A stretch of 32,250 nt of DNA from Polyangiales bacterium. GTDB taxonomy: Bacteria; Myxococcota_A; Polyangia; Polyangiales; Polyangiaceae. Every line of letters starts with the position of its first letter. Positions within the stretch are counted from its first letter, which is position 1. Location of the stretch: positions 1 through 32,250 of the forward strand of contig JBBRNJ010000092.1 of assembly GCA_038230375.1 (NCBI GenBank). The letters run 5' to 3'. Of the stretch, positions 25,257 through 32,250 are shown piece by piece. Position numbers and translations under genes: made by a program. A model generated the notes under the pieces. It made no database searches, had not been told where the DNA came from, and saw nothing but the letters and a program-made list of their open reading frames with translations.

Positions 25257-25343
25257 CGTGCGAGGTGATGACGATACGTGATCCCACGTTGCCCTATGTG
25301 ATCCTCTGCGAATGAAGTAGCCAGCGCGGGTCTCGAGCAGTGA

Positions 25344-26453
25344 CTACTTCAGCACCTTCATCACGCGACCGCCCCCGTGGGCCGCGTAATAGACATAGGT
25401 TGCATCCAGCGCAATGCCGTGCGGTGCCTGCTCGCCGGCCACCAGCGTGATGACGCGAGCGCCAGCGGTCAGCGCTGCCTTGCGGATGGTGCCGTCGTCC
25501 TCGTTGGTCCAGTACACGGAGTTCGCGTCCGCCACGACCGCGCGTGGCGCGTGCTGCCCGGTCGCGTGCACGGTGGGCGCAGCACCAAGCGCCGCGAGGG
25601 CCTTGCTCTTCACGGTGCCGGTCGCTGTGTAGTTGGTCCAGAAGACGCGGCCGTTGCTGACCGCGAGGCCCCATGGGCTCGACTCGCCAGACGCGATGGT
25701 CGTCGGCATGGTGCCGTCACTGAGGGCACGATTGACCGTGCCGGCCGTCGCGTCGGCCCAGTAGACGTATCCAGCGGCGGCGACCACGTCCTTCGGCTCT
25801 GCGGCCACGGCGACCTGCAAGAGCCCGCCGCCATCGAAGAACGCACGCACGACGCCAGCGGGCCCCGCGTCGTTCCCGCTCTCGTTCGACCAGTAGACGT
25901 AGGAGCTGTCCACGGCGACGCCGCGCGGATAGGGCTGCATCGGCGCGAGCGGGGACTTCATGCCGCCGTCGAGCGTTGCCTGGCCCACGGAAGAGTAGGC
26001 TTCGTTGCTGGTCCAGTAGACGTAGCTGGCGTCGATCGCGATCACCCAGGGGGACAGCTCGCCGCTCGCGATGGTCTGAGGCGATCCGCCGCCGATGGGA
26101 ACGCGGCGGATCGTACCGGCCGAGGAGTCTGTGTAGTATACATGCGTCTGATTGACGGCCACGTACGCCGGTGCGCTCCCGCTGGCGAGGAGGATGGGCG
26201 CGTTGCACGAGTCGACGCACGGGGCGTCAGGGCCGGCATCCGTGCTTGCCGTGGCGTCGGGCAGGGGGCCCGCGTCTTCCATGGGCATGGGGCCACCGTC
26301 ATCCGCGAGGGAGCCGTCGGCCTGCACGCTGCCGTCGCAGCCGCCGTCCGCGCACGGGGCGGGCTCGACAACGAGGCCGTCAAAGTTCGCGATGACGCTG
26401 CACGCCACCATCCCTGCTGCGCCCGTGAGGAGCAGCCATCTTCCACCCCGCAT
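25344..26453 (-). CDS. Lipoprotein with DAG linker and YWT-type beta-propeller repeats
   Basis: Lipobox MVAC; about 7 repeats of P..[IV]A[VI]D...VYW[TS]. Confidence 0.88.
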   Translation of the reverse strand: MRGGRWLLLTGAAGMVACSVIANFDGLVVEPAPCADGGCDGSVQADGSLADDGGPMPMEDAGPLPDATASTDAGPDAPCVDSCNAPILLASGSAPAYVAVNQTHVYYTDSSAGTIRRVPIGGGSPQTIASGELSPWVIAIDASYVYWTSNEAYSSVGQATLDGGMKSPLAPMQPYPRGVAVDSSYVYWSNESGNDAGPAGVVRAFFDGGGLLQVAVAAEPKDVVAAAGYVYWADATAGTVNRALSDGTMPTTIASGESSPWGLAVSNGRVFWTNYTATGTVKSKALAALGAAPTVHATGQHAPRAVVADANSVYWTNEDDGTIRKAALTAGARVITLVAGEQAPHGIALDATYVYYAAHGGGRVMKVLK

Positions 26454-26459
26454 TCATGA

Positions 26460-26465
26460 AGTATA
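26460..26465 (-). promoter_or_regulatory. -10 element TATACT 6 nt before ATG 26453 (leaderless-type)
   Basis: Minus strand reads TATACT-tcatga-ATG; no Shine-Dalgarno. Confidence 0.6.
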
Positions 26466-26537
26466 CCGCATGGTGGGCCGAACGTGCGTGGGTGGGTTCC
26501 TTTCGCGTAGCCTGGGGCAGGAGGGTTCCCGGATGGG

Positions 26538-26566
26538 CGTTCACCGCCTGCTCATCGAACGCTCAC
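26538..26566 (+). promoter_or_regulatory. Three phased heptamers YGYTCAY at 11-bp period
   Basis: CGTTCAC at 26538, TGCTCAT at 26549, CGCTCAC at 26560. Confidence 0.4.
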
Positions 26567-26638
26567 GCCGGAAGGGGCGTCGACTCGACACTCTTTTCGT
26601 CCAACACCAGAGCGTTTTCGCTCCACCCAGGGGATCTC

Positions 26639-28198
26639 ATGAATCGACACCGTCGCCCGGTCTCTGCGCGCATCTTGAACGCTGGTCTCATCGTGGGCGC
26701 CTGCGGGATCGCCACCGCATCCTTCGCAGATGCCCGCAGACCGCTGCCCGTTGCCGTCGTCGCGCTGCCGCGGCTGGTGTCGGTGACGCGCAGCAAGGAG
26801 GTCTTTCGCGATCACGAGGAGCTCGTGTTCAGCGGCATGCGCAACACCGCAGGCACCTGCGCGGCCATCACCGTGGACATCGACGGCGTCGAGGAGACGC
26901 GCACCAACGTCACCTTCCCGCTCACGCTCAGCCTGTTCCGACGTGACCGGCTCTACCCACGCACGGACGGCGTCCACACGCTGACGCTGAAGGGGCACCG
27001 CGGCTCCTGCCGTGGCGTGGTCCAGACCACCTTCCACACGCGCACCACACCCAGGGTCCCGCGCCTGGCCGTGACGGGCCCTCCTGTCGCGAACGGTCAT
27101 GGCACCGTGACGGCGTTCCAGGTGAGCGGCTTCGACTCGCCCACCGCGAAGGGCGCGCTCACCATTCGCGGCAACGGCGTCTGCCGGATGCATGCAGACA
27201 TCATGGATCTGGGACAGCCGAGCCCCGCTGTGAATCCGCCCGTACGAAAGATCTTCGATCCGGGCGCGCAGCTCCCCGTCGAGATCGACGATCTCGGACC
27301 GTTCCCGAACGGCTCCTATCGCGCGTATCTGATCGGCTACGACGACGCGAAGTGCCCCGTGCAGGGCCCCGACAAGGCAGCGGGGGGCTGGTATGTCGAC
27401 TTCAAGGTCGGCACGGGCGTGAGCGCGCCGAACAACGCGCAGAACCCGCCGCCGAACGGTGGCTCACCGCCTGCGCCAGGCGGTGGAGGCAGCATCCCGT
27501 CGGGCACGAAGCCCGCGACCGGACAGATCGCGTCCATGCTCGTGCCGGACGGAAGCTTCGCAGAGGACGATCCGCAGAAGCTCCAGGTGAACGGAACGGG
27601 CGGCTGCGCGATGAGCCTCCAGATCTCCGACAAGAGCTACGGCGGCAGCTACGACCAGACGTACCCCGTGAATCCGCTGAAGCTCGATCCGGGCGCCACG
27701 CTCTACAACGGGACCAACTTCGGCACGCTCGCCGAGGGCTCGTACCACGCGCAGGTGACGGGGACCGGAGGCTGCAGCGGCAGTGCCGGCACGGATTTCA
27801 AGGTCACGCCCAAGGTCTCGACGAAGAAGGTCATGGGTAAGCCCACCATCGGGTTTGACCAGCAGCCGAAGAGCGGCAGCACCTACAGCGCATCGAAGGA
27901 CAGCAACATCTGGTTCAAGGTCACCGTCCCGCAGTCCATCAAGGACGAGCCCTACGCGAGCTGCTGCGACATCGAGTACGACTACAAGAACGAGTACGGC
28001 GGCTGGGAGCCGCTGCCGAACAGCCCCTTCAACGACTCGAGCTACGGCCTGGCGATCACGCAACAGGCCGGCGTCGTCCCGCGCAGCGTCTCCTACTTCT
28101 CGAACGGAACGCAGTGGCGCATGAAGGTGCGCGGCTACAAGTTCAAGACCGAGTTCGAGTGGAGCGACTGGGTAGAGTTCCAGGTCGACCAACATTGA
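26639..28198 (+). CDS. Secreted hypothetical protein with three Cys-pair beta-sandwich-like repeats
   Basis: Signal peptide from ATG 26639 (…ATASFADA). Repeated L..G.G.C…G.Y….G…C.G….FKV units and a Pro/Gly linker. Confidence 0.8.
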   Translation: MNRHRRPVSARILNAGLIVGACGIATASFADARRPLPVAVVALPRLVSVTRSKEVFRDHEELVFSGMRNTAGTCAAITVDIDGVEETRTNVTFPLTLSLFRRDRLYPRTDGVHTLTLKGHRGSCRGVVQTTFHTRTTPRVPRLAVTGPPVANGHGTVTAFQVSGFDSPTAKGALTIRGNGVCRMHADIMDLGQPSPAVNPPVRKIFDPGAQLPVEIDDLGPFPNGSYRAYLIGYDDAKCPVQGPDKAAGGWYVDFKVGTGVSAPNNAQNPPPNGGSPPAPGGGGSIPSGTKPATGQIASMLVPDGSFAEDDPQKLQVNGTGGCAMSLQISDKSYGGSYDQTYPVNPLKLDPGATLYNGTNFGTLAEGSYHAQVTGTGGCSGSAGTDFKVTPKVSTKKVMGKPTIGFDQQPKSGSTYSASKDSNIWFKVTVPQSIKDEPYASCCDIEYDYKNEYGGWEPLPNSPFNDSSYGLAITQQAGVVPRSVSYFSNGTQWRMKVRGYKFKTEFEWSDWVEFQVDQH

Positions 28199-28249
28199 CG
28201 ACGCGTAACGAGTGAGTGGACGGGGGCCTGGGGCGCTAGGCTCTGGCGA

Positions 28250-28279
28250 ATGAACATGGCGAACTGGGGCTGCCCGTGA
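28250..28279 (+). other. 9-codon upstream ORF (MNMANWGCP) overlapping the downstream GTG start
   Basis: TAGGCT at 28237-28242, ATG 7 nt later, stop forms a GTGA overlap at 28276-28279. Confidence 0.4.
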
Positions 28280-29568
28280 GCGAGCGATCGGGAATCTCTC
28301 GTCGCACGGCGCTCGGGAGCGGGCTTGCGTTGCTCGTGGCCTGTCGTTCCACGCCGAAGATCGCACCGGAGAAGCCGATCAACGTCCCTGATGCGGGCGG
28401 TGGTCCGGCTCCGCTCGCGCAGGACTTCACCGTGGCCGCGCACATCCCGAACGACGGGAACTACTACTACATGCACGATCCCGGGATGACGATGCTGCCC
28501 TCCGGCAAGGTCCTCGTGGCCGCGCCGTGCCTTGGCGAGTCGACCACGGGCGCGCAGAACGTGGACCACTCCGTTCGCGTGTTCATCGCGCGCAGCTCCG
28601 ACGGCGGGCAGACCTGGGACACCGTCGCGACGCTTCCGTACTCCGACGCAACGCCCTTCGTCTCGGGTGGCCGCCTCTTCATGTTCGTCCAGAAGAAGAA
28701 GTGGGAGAACGTGTCACTCGTCACGAGCACCGATGACGGCACGACGTGGAGTGATCCGGTCATCCTCTTCTCCGGCGTCTACTGGAACTGCCACACGTCC
28801 ATGGCGATCGAGCGCGGTAAGATTCACTGGGCGCTGCAGACGGATGATCCGACGTATACGCAGTCGGGGCTCGTCGTGATCTCGGGCGACGTCTCGAAGG
28901 ATCTCATGGCGCCCGCATCGTGGCAGATGTCCGAGAAGGCCGCGCACCCGGGCACGCCGCCCGCGATCGTCCCCGCGAACGTCCAGAAGCCGGCATGGTG
29001 GGGCGGCAACGTCGACGAGTGGCTCGAGCCAAACGTGGTCTCTGTGAACGGTCGCATGCGCGTATTGCTCCGCACCATCATCGACGGCTACGGCACTGCC
29101 GGCGCCACGGTCGTCTGCGACTTCGACGACGCGACCGCGCCCGGGCAGACGACCTTCTCGCAGTTCTATCCGATGCCGTGCGGCCAGAATAAGTTCTTCA
29201 TCTTGAAGGACGCACCGTCGCGGCTCTTCTGGATGCTCGGAAATCTCCCTGCGGATTCACAGGCGCAGATCTTCGACTGGAACGCGGTGCGAGCGGATGG
29301 TCACTTCTTGCCGGGCCCCGGAAACGATCGCCGCTTCCTCATGCTCTTCTACAGCGTGGACGCGCTGAACTGGTTTCCGGCGGGCTGCGTGGCGCGCGCT
29401 GACGGCCTGGGCCATTCGTTCATGTATCCAGCGGCCGACGTCGACGGTGACGATCTGGTGCTCATCGCGCGGTCCTCCATCAACGGTCAGAGCCAGCACG
29501 ACGCCGACGCGGTGACCTTCCACCGCGTGAAGAATTTCCGTGCGCTGGCGATGAACCTCTACGCGTAG
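28276..29568 (+). CDS. Tat lipoprotein, BNR/Asp-box sialidase-like beta-propeller
   Basis: SRRTAL Tat-like motif, LVAC lipobox, Asp boxes SSDGGQTW, STDDGTTW and SVDALNW. Confidence 0.85.
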   Translation: MSERSGISRRTALGSGLALLVACRSTPKIAPEKPINVPDAGGGPAPLAQDFTVAAHIPNDGNYYYMHDPGMTMLPSGKVLVAAPCLGESTTGAQNVDHSVRVFIARSSDGGQTWDTVATLPYSDATPFVSGGRLFMFVQKKKWENVSLVTSTDDGTTWSDPVILFSGVYWNCHTSMAIERGKIHWALQTDDPTYTQSGLVVISGDVSKDLMAPASWQMSEKAAHPGTPPAIVPANVQKPAWWGGNVDEWLEPNVVSVNGRMRVLLRTIIDGYGTAGATVVCDFDDATAPGQTTFSQFYPMPCGQNKFFILKDAPSRLFWMLGNLPADSQAQIFDWNAVRADGHFLPGPGNDRRFLMLFYSVDALNWFPAGCVARADGLGHSFMYPAADVDGDDLVLIARSSINGQSQHDADAVTFHRVKNFRALAMNLYA

Positions 29569-29571
29569 GCC

Positions 29572-29588
29572 TACTGCTCGAAGCAGTA
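29572..29588. terminator. Short hairpin between convergent genes
   Basis: TACTGCT-CGA-AGCAGTA; no clear U-tract. Confidence 0.35.
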
Positions 29589-29610
29589 AAGCGCGTGCTT
29601 GGCGTGAGCG

Positions 29611-31587
29611 TCAGAAGCGGATGCGGCCCACGGAGAGGCGCTCGCGCATGTCGGCGGCGTGCTCGTGCTCGCCTAGCCTTGCAAAGCCGCCATCCTCCAG
29701 GGTCGACCGCAGGTAGTCGACGAAGTGGATCGGCGCGCGCGCGCCCTGCCGAACGAGCCCGTCGGCGCCCTGCTCGAAGGCGTCGAGCATGTACGGCTCG
29801 TCGTCCTCGGAATCGTGGCGACCCTTGCGTTCGGGCGACATCGCGAAGAACAGATCGGGCGGCAGGCGAAGCGCCAGGACCCACGCCTTCTTCGCGCGCG
29901 CCACCTCCTTGGTCGCGAGGTCCCGCGTCACGGAGATGGGCGCGACCTGGAGCGGGTCGAGCCACTCGAGCTTGCGCAATGTCGTCCCGGACACCGCGTC
30001 CTCATTGCGCGAGAGATCGACCGTGCCGATCGCCTGATGAAACGCGCGAAACGAAAGCGGGACCGGACAGCCGAGCGATCTCTCGATCGCCGCAAGATCC
30101 CTGGCGCACGTCTTCTCGGGCGCGGCCACCGGGCTCGGCAGGCGGAAAGGGTAGCCGTCATGCTTCAGGATCGCGACAACGCGCAGGAGCTCCTGCTTGA
30201 CGCGATCCATCGTGTGCGCGGCGACCGTCGCGGCCTCCTCGATCGTGAACACCTCCGCGCCAAGTTCACGCAGCTCACGCCACACTGCTTCGTGGTCGCC
30301 CGCGTCGTAGCGCTCGAGCCAGCGAGGCGATCGCGGCACCGTCACCGCGCGCGGCACCACCTTCGTCCGGTCGGCGAGGAGCTTCGTCAAGCGCGCCTCG
30401 GGCAGCTTGTTCAGCACGCGACGCGCGCCGTCGTCGAGCGGCCCGCGAAGAAGGGCGGCCGCAAGCGTTCCCCACCGCTCGGCCGTCGCCTCCCATTTCT
30501 TCACAGGCATGTCGGAGAGCGTCACGAGCGCGCTCTGTCCCACGGCGTGCCCGACCTTGGTCCGCGCTGCTTCGGGTGCCAGGAACGGCGCCAGCGCATC
30601 GACGTCGTTCGGCCCGGAGCTCACGAGACCGGCCGCGGCGAGGCTTGCGTAGCGAACATCACGCTCGGTCGGCTCGGGCCCCGAGCTCGCCTCGATGCGC
30701 TCGACGAGCGCGCCCCTCGCGACGGGACCGCTTCTCCCACGCAGCGCCATGAGCGCCGCGAGCCCTCGAGCGAGCGACGCGTGCGAGCGGAGGATCCCTC
30801 CGAGCAGAGCGTCGACCTCCTTTGCCTTCGCTGTGGCGAGCTCTTCGATGAGCCAGGCAACCAAGGCTTCTTGGTTCGTGCCCGCCACGTCATCCATGAC
30901 CTGGCTGAGCGCGGCGATCTTCTGCGGCACACTTGCGAGGTCCGGTCTTCGCGCGAACTTCGTGACCACCGGCGGAGGAACCTTGTTTGCCAGGACGAGC
31001 GCGAGAAAGTCCGCGAGCGGCATGGCTCGCAGGCGCACGTCAAGGAGCAGGCCCTCCGACGCGAGCGCCGCGGGGAGCTCGATCTCGATGGGCGGCATGA
31101 GCTCGTTCATGAGCCGCGTCGCCTCTGCCTGGTCCGGCATCGCCGACATGATGCCGTGGAACGTGTTGTACAGCGCGGGCGTGAAGCGGGCCGCGACTCC
31201 ACGCGCCGCCGTGGTCACATCGCTGGCGTCCAGCTCGTAGTGGCGCGCCATTGACAGCGCGTGCTCCTCCGGAAGCGCGCAAAGGACCTTGACGACGCGA
31301 TCGCGCTGCTCGCGTTCGAACGTGGCGACCGCCTGCAGCAGGAGCGTCTCGGCGAGCGCTGGGTCGAGCTCGCACAGCACGAGGAGCGAGAGCGATCTTG
31401 CCGCGACGTCCGTGGACGCGAGCGCAACGGCGAGCGCCTCGGGGGTGGCCGCGAGCGCAAGGGCCGAGGAGAGCTTCGCGCGAAGACCCAGCCGTCCGTG
31501 GAGCGGACGCTGCAGCGCCGAATGTTGCTCGGCTGGCGCAAAGCGACGAGCTGCTGCAACGCTCGCGTCGAGGATGGAGTCGCTCAT
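29611..31587 (-). CDS. Hypothetical protein: alpha-helical N-terminal region plus SMI1/KNR4(SUKH)-like C-terminal domain
   Basis: WLERYDAGDHEAVWREL...TMDRV...LAAIERSLGCPVPLSFRAFHQAIGTVDL...DPL...FVDYLR...GGF. Confidence 0.7.
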   Translation of the reverse strand: MSDSILDASVAAARRFAPAEQHSALQRPLHGRLGLRAKLSSALALAATPEALAVALASTDVAARSLSLLVLCELDPALAETLLLQAVATFEREQRDRVVKVLCALPEEHALSMARHYELDASDVTTAARGVAARFTPALYNTFHGIMSAMPDQAEATRLMNELMPPIEIELPAALASEGLLLDVRLRAMPLADFLALVLANKVPPPVVTKFARRPDLASVPQKIAALSQVMDDVAGTNQEALVAWLIEELATAKAKEVDALLGGILRSHASLARGLAALMALRGRSGPVARGALVERIEASSGPEPTERDVRYASLAAAGLVSSGPNDVDALAPFLAPEAARTKVGHAVGQSALVTLSDMPVKKWEATAERWGTLAAALLRGPLDDGARRVLNKLPEARLTKLLADRTKVVPRAVTVPRSPRWLERYDAGDHEAVWRELRELGAEVFTIEEAATVAAHTMDRVKQELLRVVAILKHDGYPFRLPSPVAAPEKTCARDLAAIERSLGCPVPLSFRAFHQAIGTVDLSRNEDAVSGTTLRKLEWLDPLQVAPISVTRDLATKEVARAKKAWVLALRLPPDLFFAMSPERKGRHDSEDDEPYMLDAFEQGADGLVRQGARAPIHFVDYLRSTLEDGGFARLGEHEHAADMRERLSVGRIRF

Positions 31588-31593
31588 GGGCAG

Positions 31594-31599
31594 AGCCTA
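31594..31599 (-). promoter_or_regulatory. -10 element TAGGCT 6 nt before ATG 31587 (leaderless-type)
   Basis: Minus strand reads TAGGCT-ctgccc-ATG; no Shine-Dalgarno. Confidence 0.55.
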
Positions 31600-31811
31600 G
31601 CTCGTGGCGTTGGCGACGCTTGCGAAGAGGCACATGTCCTGGTTCCGGATTGTCTCATCCATGCGACGACATCATGGAACATCTAGCGCATTGTCTCGCA
31701 GCCCGGCGAACGCTGCTGAGTGACCGCGCAGCTGGCGGGGCTCGAACGGCCCGCGATCATCGAGCGTTCGCGTTCGCTGTCGGGTCGCGACTGGTTCAAG
31801 GACGACGCCTG

Positions 31812-32249
31812 TTACAGATGGGCTGCGAAGATGCCGAGGCCGATCGGGAGCATGAGGTCGAACTGCACCTGCGCGGCGACCGACCACGCGTGCGGCTCAG
31901 AGACCTCCTGGCGATAGTCCATGCGCAGCCCGAACGCGCCGTCAAAGTAGGTGATGCTGTTCAGCGTCTTTCGCCCCATGAAGAGGCCGCCTGTCGGAGC
32001 GAAGCTCACGCGGCTCTGCGCGGGGTTCCATGCGCTCGCACCCACGGAAGGCGAGAGCACGAAGGAGCTGCTCACGGGGATCAACGTCTGAACGCCACCG
32101 CCGCCGTACAGGCCCGCGCCACCACCCACCTCCAGATACGGTCCCACGCCGAACGAGTCCTCGGCCCGTGGAAATGTGAGCTCGGGCCGGAAGCCGATCG
32201 CGAATGCCGTGGTCACGTCGCCGTCGCCGCGCATGGCCGCGCCGAGGAG
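31812..32249 (-). CDS. Outer-membrane beta-barrel-like hypothetical protein; 5'-partial
   Basis: Alternating Gly/aromatic beta strands (FGVGPYLEV, VLSPSVGA, FGLRMDYR, VAAQVQFD). Frame is open to the window edge. Confidence 0.7.
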   Translation of the reverse strand, partial: LLGAAMRGDGDVTTAFAIGFRPELTFPRAEDSFGVGPYLEVGGGAGLYGGGGVQTLIPVSSSFVLSPSVGASAWNPAQSRVSFAPTGGLFMGRKTLNSITYFDGAFGLRMDYRQEVSEPHAWSVAAQVQFDLMLPIGLGIFAAHL

Positions 32250-32250
32250 C

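Noticed and set aside
31600..31811. ncRNA or small gene in the 210-bp gap
   Set aside because: No convincing stem, tRNA fold or coding signal that I can support.

Overview
High-GC bacterial DNA. The gene content suggests Myxococcota, probably Polyangiales (inference): Hanks kinase, ECF/anti-sigma pair, carboxypeptidase-regulatory repeats, and many Cys-rich lipoproteins with DAG/DGG linkers. There are about 26 plausible CDSs and two likely gene remnants; I saw no rRNA, tRNA, CRISPR or transposase. Recognisable modules are an ECF sigma with a short anti-sigma, a coupled pair of ArnT/PMT-like (GT-C) glycosyltransferases, a sigma54-driven small protein plus APH/AAA kinase, and a csoR-tolC-two-domain multicopper oxidase operon with a visible CsoR-type operator. 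I cannot demonstrate a complete new system from sequence alone. The strongest leads: (1) same-strand (GTCGAR)n(GTC)n arrays that bracket one gene and sit next to damaged genes at 10.2-13.6 kb; (2) the GT-C pair together with D-[AG]-[GAS] linkers on many exported proteins, a possible modification system; (3) pervasive TANNNT-N6/7-ATG leaderless promoters, including a coupled 9-codon uORF; (4) a tandem 18-bp palindrome upstream of an orphan gene; (5) a 99-bp MITE-like hairpin. Family assignments come from motif recognition, not database searches.
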